NCBI GenBank assembly: GCA_963704655.1
Contig: OY969927.1
Location: 830,137-862,136 of the forward strand
DNA from: an uncultured Candidatus Babeliaceae bacterium
GTDB taxonomy: Bacteria; Babelota; Babeliae; Babelales; Babelaceae
Length of the DNA stretch: 32,000 bases
Direction of reading: 5' to 3'
The position numbers and the translations under genes are program-made. The notes under the pieces were generated by a model. That model was not told the DNA's origin. It ran no database searches and worked only from the letters and a program-made list of their open reading frames with translations. Positions within the stretch are counted from its first letter, which is position 1. The number at the start of each line of letters is the position of its first letter. Below, in pieces: positions 23,815 through 31,825 of the stretch.

Positions 23815-23824
23815 GGGCACACCA
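23815..23824. repeat. Candidate attR core (GGGCACACCA), a displaced copy of the tRNA-Arg 3' end
   Basis: It is identical to 9660-9669. The extended comparison 23806-23824 versus 9651-9669 gives 15/19 matches. It lies between the last element gene and the first chromosomal-type gene. Confidence 0.5.
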
Positions 23825-24044
23825 TCCTGCGCCTATTCCAGCCGTCGCTGCCATGCAGCTGTGGCGGACAGGCCAGGCCAATTCACAGCCGAAGTGTGAC
23901 AAAGCCTTGGCAGAGACGTATTGGCAAGCTACGCCAGACATGGTAATCTTAAAATAAACTCAATTTTGTTGTTTTTAAGATAAAGCGCTCAGCGCACCAT
24001 GCAGCTTATCTTCAGAAACAACTTTCATTAAATCGGTAAAAACT

Positions 24045-25001
24045 ATGAATATCCATAAAAAGGCTATAATATTTTTTTCTTTTATAATCTATCTCGGTAC
24101 AGCTTCAAGGCTTTTATCTTATAATGAAGATTCTTGCTATGCATTACATCGCTTGGTTGACCGACTTGAAGACACTCCAGAATCCGTCAAAATTCTGCGG
24201 CCAATTGTTCATAATTTTATAAAGCAAATAGATGGCGATCCAAATATCATGCTTTATACCGGTCATGGCAGTAAGTTTTATTTAGGTGGGGCTCTTATGC
24301 AGGCCATCAAAAAAAACAAGATCCATTTGGCTTATCTTCTTGCAGAGTGTCAACCAGACTATGACGTACGTGGCAATAATGATGATGGCTGCGAATTGAA
24401 CATACTGCATTTTTGTGCTAAATATTTGCCCAATTCAGATCAATCAGTGGCATTGATTAATCATATAATGACTCACAGCAACTTAAAAGTTATGATGGAG
24501 TTGCTTACAGATAGTAAGCGATGGCAAAGAGCAGAGATTATACTTCCAGTTGATCTTGCAGAAAAATACCATAATGATAAAATTGCAGCGTACTTTAGAA
24601 AAGGAAAAACTATGCTGTTCGGTTATACTATTATATATGTTCAAAATGTCGAAGAAACCCTTCAATTTTATCAAAAAGCTTTTTCTTGTAAAATAAAATT
24701 TTTCGCTGAAAGTAAACTTTATGGCGAGCTTGAAACAGGCACAACCATTTTGGCATTTTGTGATGAATCATTCTGTATGAAAAATGGGTTGGAGTTTACC
24801 AAAAATAGATCAAACACAACTTGCGCAGGCTTTGAAATCGGGTTCATGGCCGATGATGTTCATGCAGCATATAAACTTGCTATTGCACAAGGTGCACAAC
24901 CATTAAAAGAGCCTGCTCAAAAGCCGTGGGGACAGATTGTAGCATATATTAAAGACCTTAATGGTATTATTATCGAAATCTGCAATCCGATAAATTATTA
25001 A
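24045..25001 (+). CDS. Fusion protein: signal/TM + ankyrin-like repeats + C-terminal VOC (glyoxalase/bleomycin-resistance fold) domain
   Basis: 318 aa. The N-terminal half contains ankyrin-like units (GGALMQAIKKNKIHLAYLLAECQPDYDVRGNNDDGCELNILHFCAK). The C-terminal ~125 aa begin MLFGYTIIYVQNVEETLQFYQKAF and end PWGQIVAYIKDLNGIIIEICNP, typical of VOC proteins. Confidence 0.7.
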   Translation: MNIHKKAIIFFSFIIYLGTASRLLSYNEDSCYALHRLVDRLEDTPESVKILRPIVHNFIKQIDGDPNIMLYTGHGSKFYLGGALMQAIKKNKIHLAYLLAECQPDYDVRGNNDDGCELNILHFCAKYLPNSDQSVALINHIMTHSNLKVMMELLTDSKRWQRAEIILPVDLAEKYHNDKIAAYFRKGKTMLFGYTIIYVQNVEETLQFYQKAFSCKIKFFAESKLYGELETGTTILAFCDESFCMKNGLEFTKNRSNTTCAGFEIGFMADDVHAAYKLAIAQGAQPLKEPAQKPWGQIVAYIKDLNGIIIEICNPINY

Positions 25002-25110
25002 AAGTTTTTCAAAAATTGCCTATAAAAATTTTTTTTTCACATATTCTAGCACATTTGCTATTATTGACTATTATACATTCGCCCATATAAGCTTTAATTA
25101 AAATACAATA

Positions 25111-27027
25111 ATGGACACACACGTAAGGGGATTGGGAATGGTTAATAACGCCTTTAAATTATTAATACCGTTGGTATTATCAGTATTTGCTCCACATGTA
25201 TGCTGCTCTGAAAATAGGGGTCCAGAATCAGAATATGATTATGCGGTATGGATTTTAAATGGGCTTTCAACAAACCCAGAAGCATCTCAGGAAATGATAA
25301 GTAGAGTAGAAAATACATTTTTGCGGACAAGAGATAAATATTCTGACGCGCGCAGAATGTTAATAAAAGTTGCAAGCTTACAAAATGATCCAGATAAACA
25401 GATTCGATATGCTCAAGATTCTGTAGAACACGGAAACCCTGGCGATAACTTGTATATCGCTAGAGCTTATGAGAAAAAAAAGAATTATAAAAAAACCCAA
25501 GAATACCTTGAAAAAACTATCGCATCCGGGAGCACCTATATAAACACAGCTCGCGTCGAGTTAGCTGTATTGCTGTTTCAAGGAAAGGGTGGGCCAAAGG
25601 ATATTTATCGTGCACAAAAATATCTCCAAGATGCAGCCAATGATAATTCTCTTCAAGGTAAATTTAATTTAGCAATGAGCTATGTTAATGGCCCTAAGGA
25701 GCTACCTAAAGATCCTGAAACCGCCTACAAAATCTTGTCTGAGGTAATAAAAATCCCAATTCAAAATATTGAAAAATCTGAAATGGAATATTATTTTGAG
25801 GCATATGCACAGCTAGGATTGATTATTGAAAAGGGGTTTAAAGGTTACAAACCGGATCCAGCAAGAGCATATAGCTATTTTAAAAAATTGCAGGAATTAG
25901 GTAACGGAATGGGCACAGTTCATTGTGCGCGCTTAATCATTTCAAAAAAGGTTCCCGGAGATATCAATAGCGCAAAAGCTGATCTTAAAAAGCTTGCTGA
26001 TGATGGCATGCCTTTTGCAAAATTCATATACAGCTCAATACTCATTTCTGAAGGGCAGCAAGATGAGGGTATCCGCTTGCTGGATGATTCGTATACAAGA
26101 AATCAACAAATTTTACCTGTGGGAATGCTTCAGCTTGCAATAGCCTATCACTATGGCATTGGCGTAGAAAAAGATGAGCAAAAAACGCTGGAATTACTTG
26201 AAAAAATAAATAATGACCCTGATGATAGATGGCGATCTTTATTTCTTGCACGAGCCTATATGCGCTTTTTGGGCTTAGGGGTAAAAAAGGATATTAAAAA
26301 AGTTAATGAACTCTTAGAAAAAGCAAATGAAAAATCTGATGACGTATATTTAGATACGTATCAGTTATTTCCTTCATTAAAAAGTTTAATAGAGGAACAA
26401 GCGCAAAAATTGCTTAAAGAAGAAGAGCTCGAAAAAAGCAAGAAAAAGGGCAAGAAAAAAGCGGTCATTGAGCAAGAGGAGCCTATTTTGGCAGGTGAAT
26501 CTTCGACAGCTTCAACTTCTGGGCAAGAAGCTCAAGAGAGTTTTATAACTATTGCCGAATGGAAGAAGATATTCAAGGCCTCAGATGACGGAAGCTTTGT
26601 AAGCGCCATAGACCCGGTTCTAAAAATGATTACTATTCAAGACCCTCAACGTCATGAAGAGCTTATAGTATATGCTGCAGAAAATAGATTCCGGGATCTC
26701 TCTGAAATTGAATATTTAAAAATTGCCACATGGGCCTTAATAAGGCAGGGAATAAAAAAACCGAAAAAAATCGAACATGCACCTACTGCAAGTCAAGAAT
26801 ATAACCATTCATTTGCAGATATGCTTGACTACGCTATTCAATACGCTGGCCAGTTAGTACCCTGGGTAAAAGCGGGCTCTGCTGACCCAGAAGACCAGCT
26901 GACGGTTGATGTTATCCGCAAAAATACCAAAACGGGCAAAGAATTATCATGCAGAGCAGAATATACCTTTGGCCAAAATGGCGTGTATCACCGACTTTTA
27001 CGGCCGTTAAAAGAGAGAAATCAATAA
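25111..27027 (+). CDS. Secreted Sel1-repeat protein, paralogue of 7418..9277
   Basis: 638 aa, colinear with the 619-aa protein. Shared strings include LQLAIAYHYG.GVEKDE, YLDT..LFP, a Lys-rich linker, ML DY.IQY.G.LVP and CRAEYTFG...YHRLLRP. An alternative start at 25138 (MVNNAFKLL) has an AAGGGGA SD. Confidence 0.85.
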   Translation: MDTHVRGLGMVNNAFKLLIPLVLSVFAPHVCCSENRGPESEYDYAVWILNGLSTNPEASQEMISRVENTFLRTRDKYSDARRMLIKVASLQNDPDKQIRYAQDSVEHGNPGDNLYIARAYEKKKNYKKTQEYLEKTIASGSTYINTARVELAVLLFQGKGGPKDIYRAQKYLQDAANDNSLQGKFNLAMSYVNGPKELPKDPETAYKILSEVIKIPIQNIEKSEMEYYFEAYAQLGLIIEKGFKGYKPDPARAYSYFKKLQELGNGMGTVHCARLIISKKVPGDINSAKADLKKLADDGMPFAKFIYSSILISEGQQDEGIRLLDDSYTRNQQILPVGMLQLAIAYHYGIGVEKDEQKTLELLEKINNDPDDRWRSLFLARAYMRFLGLGVKKDIKKVNELLEKANEKSDDVYLDTYQLFPSLKSLIEEQAQKLLKEEELEKSKKKGKKKAVIEQEEPILAGESSTASTSGQEAQESFITIAEWKKIFKASDDGSFVSAIDPVLKMITIQDPQRHEELIVYAAENRFRDLSEIEYLKIATWALIRQGIKKPKKIEHAPTASQEYNHSFADMLDYAIQYAGQLVPWVKAGSADPEDQLTVDVIRKNTKTGKELSCRAEYTFGQNGVYHRLLRPLKERNQ

Positions 27028-27305
27028 ATTAAGCACAGTTTGTTGTTACAAGGAATATGTTTTATGTATTTTATAGTTATTTTTTTTCAGTTATTGCTAT
27101 TTGTTTATCATCAAATAACAACGTTAGTAGATTTGTATATACAGAATGTTATTCTCGTACCATCAAAGTTTTGCCTCCCATCAAAGACAACCCTATCCCA
27201 GATCTTAATCATTGTATCTTGCACACAATAGCACTAATTACTACAATTTTAACGTTGTATTACGTATTTAATTTTTAAAATAAAGACATATATTCAGATA
27301 AGGCA

Positions 27306-27336
27306 CGCCCGTCATTTCACACAGAAATGACGGGCG
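27306..27336. terminator. Perfect 13-bp stem hairpin between convergent genes (bidirectional terminator candidate)
   Basis: CGCCCGTCATTTC (27306-27318) and GAAATGACGGGCG (27324-27336) flank the loop ACACA. A T-rich tract follows on the plus strand. Confidence 0.7.
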
Positions 27337-27355
27337 GCAAATCTTATATTTATTT

Positions 27356-28999
27356 TTAAACCGGTACAATATCAGTAATAGATTTTGCAATTTCAGAACG
27401 GGAGCTTGAAAGAAATTCATAAAATTCTTTCCCCTCAAATTCCTTAAGTGCTTGTTCTATTTTATACAAACGGCGCCAAAGATCGTCTATTTTACCTGTT
27501 TCTTTAGACATCTCTCTGTTGTGAACGGCGTCTAAGGCTTCTGAAAGTTTAAGTAATTCAAATGCATTATTTTGCGCCTTTTCAACATCCTCTAAGGTGA
27601 TATTTTTATTATCAAAAATAGTTAAAATATTATTAATTTTTGATTTTCTTTGCTCAAAAGTGGTAGATATATTTTCTCCTTTTGAAATCTTTAAACCGTC
27701 ATGTAATCTATCTGCACGATCTCTTAATTTTTTAAAATCCGGCGTAGCAGGCTTACTTCCAGGACTAAAGATTGAAAAGGGGTTGAACGACCAAGTAGTT
27801 TTTTCTGATTGTTGAATATCCTGCAAAACCTTCAAGGCTTTTTCAATTCGGCCAACTGCTATTAATGACATATAAAGTTTTTCAACTTCAGTAATTTTAG
27901 CTTGAGGGTTATTTAAAAGTCCTAATGATGGTTCAATTTCATATAAAATTAGTTGAAGCGCTTCACCCAGCCCTTTTTCTTGATAGCGCCCATTACTATA
28001 ATTTTTAATAGCTTCTAAACCATCATAAAGCTTACCTAGTTGGTCTTCCAACTTGGAAAGACTTTCAGTATTCTTAAGATGTTCCCTAAAAGGATGCGAC
28101 ATACGGTTGGCAAAAGCTCTGTTGCTATCAATGTTTCTGGAAATTTTTAAAGCTTTTTCTGCAGTAGCATGTGCTGTTTTTATTTTTTCCATTGTAGCAA
28201 CTGTAGGATTTTCAAAGTAAGAGCCGACCGTTTTGAGCTGATTTACGTATTCATCAAGCTTTTGTTCTTGTTCTATTATAATTTTATTTATGTCACCAAT
28301 TTTCTCAGACGGTGAACGATAACTTTTTTGCCTACTATATAAAGCTGACCACGCTCCTTTGACAGATTCGCTTAATGGAGAAGCTTCACCTTTTAATGCA
28401 TCAAGCCCTTCAACTATAGTACGTAATTTCCACATCTGCTCTTCTGCTTGTTTTATTTCTTCAAGCGTTGCGCTTTTATTGTTTAATACAGCATTAGCCT
28501 TATTGATTTTTGCTTGAATATTAAAGTTCTCCTCAGATAAATTCCCAGTCGTTGAACCTTTACCCATTCCAGCCTTAGCTTCATTTGCTTTTTGATAGCT
28601 TGTAGATGACCCTTGTTTCGATGAATCCCCGGCCTTAGTCCAAGCACCCATACTTTCTTGGGTAAAGGGCGCCTCTTGATTAATCATTTCTAGTAATGGG
28701 CTTTTTGGATCACGAGAAATAATGAATTTTTTAGTTTCTTCAAGCGTTTGCCAGTCCTTTTGCCTCATCGCATTTCTTGCCCGATCAAGAATTTTTTGGT
28801 CCATTTCACTAAGTTCTTTCTTGGCCCCAGGCATAGTTGAAGCATATCGTAGCTGACCCATCGGCCTATTCCAAAAATTGCTCACCCGAGTTCTTCCCAA
28901 TACATAGGCACGCCTCCAAATATTAGAAGCTTGAGCAGCCGAAAGCTCAGGAATAACCATAAGCATTAACAACAACGTAACGTATAAAGACTTTTGCAT
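27356..28999 (-). CDS. Secreted all-helical repeat protein (hypothetical)
   Basis: 547 aa with signal peptide MQKSLYVTLLLMLMVIPELSAAQA. It has internally repeated modules (KINKANAVLNNKSATLEEIKQAEEQMWKL...LDALKGE versus KINNILTIFDNKNITLEDVEKAQNNAFEL...LDAVHNRE). Confidence 0.75.
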   Translation of the reverse strand: MQKSLYVTLLLMLMVIPELSAAQASNIWRRAYVLGRTRVSNFWNRPMGQLRYASTMPGAKKELSEMDQKILDRARNAMRQKDWQTLEETKKFIISRDPKSPLLEMINQEAPFTQESMGAWTKAGDSSKQGSSTSYQKANEAKAGMGKGSTTGNLSEENFNIQAKINKANAVLNNKSATLEEIKQAEEQMWKLRTIVEGLDALKGEASPLSESVKGAWSALYSRQKSYRSPSEKIGDINKIIIEQEQKLDEYVNQLKTVGSYFENPTVATMEKIKTAHATAEKALKISRNIDSNRAFANRMSHPFREHLKNTESLSKLEDQLGKLYDGLEAIKNYSNGRYQEKGLGEALQLILYEIEPSLGLLNNPQAKITEVEKLYMSLIAVGRIEKALKVLQDIQQSEKTTWSFNPFSIFSPGSKPATPDFKKLRDRADRLHDGLKISKGENISTTFEQRKSKINNILTIFDNKNITLEDVEKAQNNAFELLKLSEALDAVHNREMSKETGKIDDLWRRLYKIEQALKEFEGKEFYEFLSSSRSEIAKSITDIVPV

Positions 29000-29156
29000 A
29001 TTCCGCCCCTCATTTAGCCGGTATAGAAAAAATTAATTCTTAATAAGATTTTATTAACCATGAGCATGGAAAGTCAATAATGCTTTATAAACTCAAATTC
29101 AAATTATTATGTTATTATTTTGTAAAACAGAAAGAACACAAAGTTAAAGTGCCTGT

Positions 29157-29897
29157 ATGAAAAAAGCAATAGTATATTTATTAATGTTTATTTTTTCACA
29201 TTGTTATTCAATTGAGATGGAAGAACATATGATTTCTAAATCTATCTATCTAACCATTGATGATGCGCCATCACAACACACGCTTGCAAAAGTAGATTAT
29301 CTGCAAAAAAATAATATCCCTGCCATTTTTTATTGCCGCGGGAATGCTATTGAGCAGTACCAAGACAGTGTTGTTGAAATAATTAAAGCCGGTTTTTTGG
29401 TGGGTAATCATTCTTATTCACATCCATTTTTTTCAAAAACCCCAAATGAAATATTTTTTGATGAAATTCTCAAAACTGAAAAACTTATCGATGAATGTTA
29501 CTGCTTGGCTGGAATAATAAGGCCCTGCAAGGTTATCCGTCTGCCATTTGGGGACCGCGGGGCAGGCCAACACTGCCGAGCGCCGGTTACTCCCGAAGAA
29601 AAGATTAAATATGATGCATTGCAGGCATTTTTAAAAGAACAAGGTTTTGAACGAATTGATTTCATTGGTTTTAAAGATGATCTTGCTATAGATAGCCCTT
29701 GGTCCTTAGATACGCAGGATTATAAGTCCATGTTTATACACGATGTGCAAAGATATCAGCAAAATTTTGAAAAATTATTTTTTGAATCTGAAAGACCGGT
29801 AGAGATACTTTTGCTGCATGACTTTGAAAACAACCACTCACTATTTGAATCAACCATGCACTTTTTAGCACAGCACAACGTAACGTTTATGCCTTAA
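29157..29897 (+). CDS. Polysaccharide deacetylase (NodB homology, CE4 family)
   Basis: It has a signal peptide and the CE4 motifs LTIDDAP (TFDDG-type), GNHSYSHP (H-S/T-x-x-H) and IRLPFGD (RxPY/F-type). Confidence 0.75.
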   Translation: MKKAIVYLLMFIFSHCYSIEMEEHMISKSIYLTIDDAPSQHTLAKVDYLQKNNIPAIFYCRGNAIEQYQDSVVEIIKAGFLVGNHSYSHPFFSKTPNEIFFDEILKTEKLIDECYCLAGIIRPCKVIRLPFGDRGAGQHCRAPVTPEEKIKYDALQAFLKEQGFERIDFIGFKDDLAIDSPWSLDTQDYKSMFIHDVQRYQQNFEKLFFESERPVEILLLHDFENNHSLFESTMHFLAQHNVTFMP

Positions 29898-29916
29898 CCG
29901 CACCATGCATGTCAAA

Positions 29917-30255
29917 CTATAATTTAGAAATTGGCGATAAAAATTTTAGACCAATAATCCCACATAAAATCAAAATAAAGCACAGAATTCGTAGGGGACT
30001 AGCCTCTTCACCAAGAAAAATAATCCCATAAGCAGCTGTTCCAATTGCCCCTATACCCACCCAAACCGCGTATGCAGTACCAATAGGCAAAGTCTTCGTT
30101 GCAAGCGAAAGCAAATACATACTAAGGGCAATAAATATTAATGAAAATAAACTTGGACCAAGTCGAGTAAAACCATGTGTTTTTGGCATTGCTGCTGCAT
30201 AGACTACTTCTGCTATTCCAGCAATTATAAGATACATCCAAGCCAACTGTTTCAT
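29917..30255 (-). CDS. sugE: SMR-family small multidrug resistance / guanidinium exporter (SugE/Gdx-like)
   Basis: 112 aa with four TM segments. [40 protein letters not shown] and IIGLKF match SugE closely, including the conserved membrane Glu. Confidence 0.85.
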   Translation of the reverse strand: MKQLAWMYLIIAGIAEVVYAAAMPKTHGFTRLGPSLFSLIFIALSMYLLSLATKTLPIGTAYAVWVGIGAIGTAAYGIIFLGEEASPLRILCFILILCGIIGLKFLSPISKL

Positions 30256-30397
30256 TTTTTAATCTCTTTTGTTGTTTTAATTAAATAACTTCTATAATCA
30301 GATAAAAATAATAGTATTTACTTTTCAATATTGATAGCTTTATGCTTATATGTTGTGTAACGCACAGTAATTTTTGAAGTAAATAATAGGTTTTTTT

Positions 30398-30856
30398 ATG
30401 TCATATACCATTGTAACATTACCCGCGATAAAAGTAGTTGGCATGGCCAATAAAACAACAAATAATAACCACCAAAGTGCTGTTGATATACCTCAGTTTT
30501 GGAACACCTATTTCACAGAAAAAATTGAAACATCTATTCATCATAAAAAAGAACCGCTGCAAAGAATATGCATGTATACTGATTATGACCCACAAGGATA
30601 TACGGTAATTATTGGTGCATGCGTATCTGCCCTAGAAGATGTCCCGGAATCATGCGTAGCTCGTGAAATACCTGCAGGTAAATATGCAGTATTTGCGATT
30701 AATGGCCCTTTAGAGATAGCGGTACTCAAAGCTTGGCAACATGTTTGGTCAATTGCAGATCTTCCACGTGCATTTACTCATGATTTTGAACTTTATGAAT
30801 ATAAAGACAATGGTGATAATCTGCTCTCTGCAAAGATTTATGTGTCACTTGTTTAG
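30398..30856 (+). CDS. GyrI-like small-molecule-binding domain protein (AraC effector-binding-domain type)
   Basis: 152 aa. The pattern is IVTLPAIKVVGM......IPQFW..F... then PAGKYAVF...GP...... W..IW....LPRA...DFELY. Confidence 0.7.
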   Translation: MSYTIVTLPAIKVVGMANKTTNNNHQSAVDIPQFWNTYFTEKIETSIHHKKEPLQRICMYTDYDPQGYTVIIGACVSALEDVPESCVAREIPAGKYAVFAINGPLEIAVLKAWQHVWSIADLPRAFTHDFELYEYKDNGDNLLSAKIYVSLV

Positions 30857-30880
30857 TTACAAAGCGATTTCACAGCGCAC

Positions 30881-31243
30881 CTAAAGCACGCCTCTTTTTA
30901 TTTCGCCTAAAATTTGCTTTGCTTCAGATTTATCATGATAATGGGTAGCAACTGTTTGAGCATCATTTTTTAACGCAGCGCGGACCAATGCTTGAGCATC
31001 CCCGACCACCAGCCCACGCTCCAATAAAGCTTTACCAGCTTTCATGCGGCCATTACAAGCAACGGTTTTTGCTGCCGCTCTATCTACATTACGCTCAACG
31101 TCTTTATTTGCATTAATATATTTTTCTAGATAAACACGGTCAGCATCTTGGCCCACAAAATTTTGACTTACAATATCAGTGTTTACTGCGTGTAAAGATG
31201 ATATAAAAAGCAGTGATAAAAAGATATTATTTACGTAGTTCAT
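30881..31243 (-). CDS. Small secreted hypothetical protein
   Basis: 120 aa with signal peptide MNYVNNIFLSLLFISSLHA and a helical remainder. Confidence 0.55.
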   Translation of the reverse strand: MNYVNNIFLSLLFISSLHAVNTDIVSQNFVGQDADRVYLEKYINANKDVERNVDRAAAKTVACNGRMKAGKALLERGLVVGDAQALVRAALKNDAQTVATHYHDKSEAKQILGEIKRGVL

Positions 31244-31432
31244 AATAAACCCCCAAAGTTACTAAAAAAACTTAATATAGTAATGATAGTAACAATATCA
31301 ATTTATATTCTGCAATATAAAAATCACTCTTTATTACAGATCTCTTTTATATAAGCTATAAAAGCATCAACATCTTGCTCGCGGGAATCAAAAGCATTAA
31401 ATTTATTGGCTAGCATTTACAACGGCTACAGA

Positions 31433-31762
31433 TTAAGTCTCTTGTCCAGCTCTGATAAGTGCTAAATGAGTAGCTATAAAGTGCGCATTCTCTTCAGTGC
31501 CTGCATACTGATATGCCCCTGCACCTTTATCTTTATTATGAATATAAAAATGATCCTCATAATCTATTTTTAATACCATGATAGGAACACCTCGATATGC
31601 CCGATAACGAATATCTAGGCCCACAAGCTCATTTGTGTAACTTAAATTTTTAGCTTGGGCAACAGTTAATTCATCCGGTATTTCAAATCTTTTTGATAAG
31701 CATGGCCCGGATACTATAGAGCTAGAAGATAAAATCGTTAAAAAAAATAATATTTTTTTCAT
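31433..31762 (-). CDS. Small secreted hypothetical protein
   Basis: 109 aa with signal peptide MKKILFFLTILSSSSIVSG. Confidence 0.55.
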   Translation of the reverse strand: MKKILFFLTILSSSSIVSGPCLSKRFEIPDELTVAQAKNLSYTNELVGLDIRYRAYRGVPIMVLKIDYEDHFYIHNKDKGAGAYQYAGTEENAHFIATHLALIRAGQET

Positions 31763-31825
31763 AAAATCTTTCTTAATTAAACTAAATTTATAGGTACATA
31801 TATGGGTTACGTTACCCTAAGCAAC

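Larger units (their letters stand above)
9660..23824. mobile_element. Integrative element of about 14.2 kb (satellite/PICI-like or defective prophage) inserted at the 3' end of tRNA-Arg
   Basis: A large serine recombinase abuts and overlaps the tRNA 3' end. GGGCACACCA is repeated at 9660-9669 and 23815-23824, and 15 of 19 nt match when the comparison is extended leftwards. The interior holds mobile-element-type genes (DUF3987-like, SpoVG-like, HGGxSTG, TerS-like, RHH) and an iteron-like array. The genes outside the two ends are paralogous Sel1 proteins and other chromosomal-type genes. Confidence 0.7.

Noticed and set aside
23842-23940. SRP (4.5S) RNA, tmRNA or RNase P RNA identity for the GC-rich patch
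   Set aside because: I looked for three signatures: the SRP domain IV signature (GGAA-type tetraloop with flanking AGCA/GGAA loops), the tmRNA tRNA-like end, and RNase P conserved blocks. None is present, so only generic hairpins can be claimed.
23735-23957. Overlapping 68-aa (-) and 60-aa (+) ORFs as independent genes
   Set aside because: They occur in a GC-rich patch where stop codons are rare and have no RBS. I interpret the minus ORF tail only as the potential integrase continuation across attP.
27040-27278. 63-aa and 73-aa plus-strand ORFs after the second Sel1 gene
   Set aside because: They are AT-rich intergenic sequence just upstream of the convergent-gene terminator hairpin, with Phe/Ile/Tyr-rich composition and no RBS.
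30256-30397. Guanidine riboswitch (ykkC, mini-ykkC or guanidine-III) upstream of the SugE/Gdx-like gene
   Set aside because: The leader is extremely AT-rich and has no GC-clamped ACGR-loop hairpins or other conserved riboswitch blocks. The only hairpin (TGTG-TAACG-CACA) is on the wrong strand.
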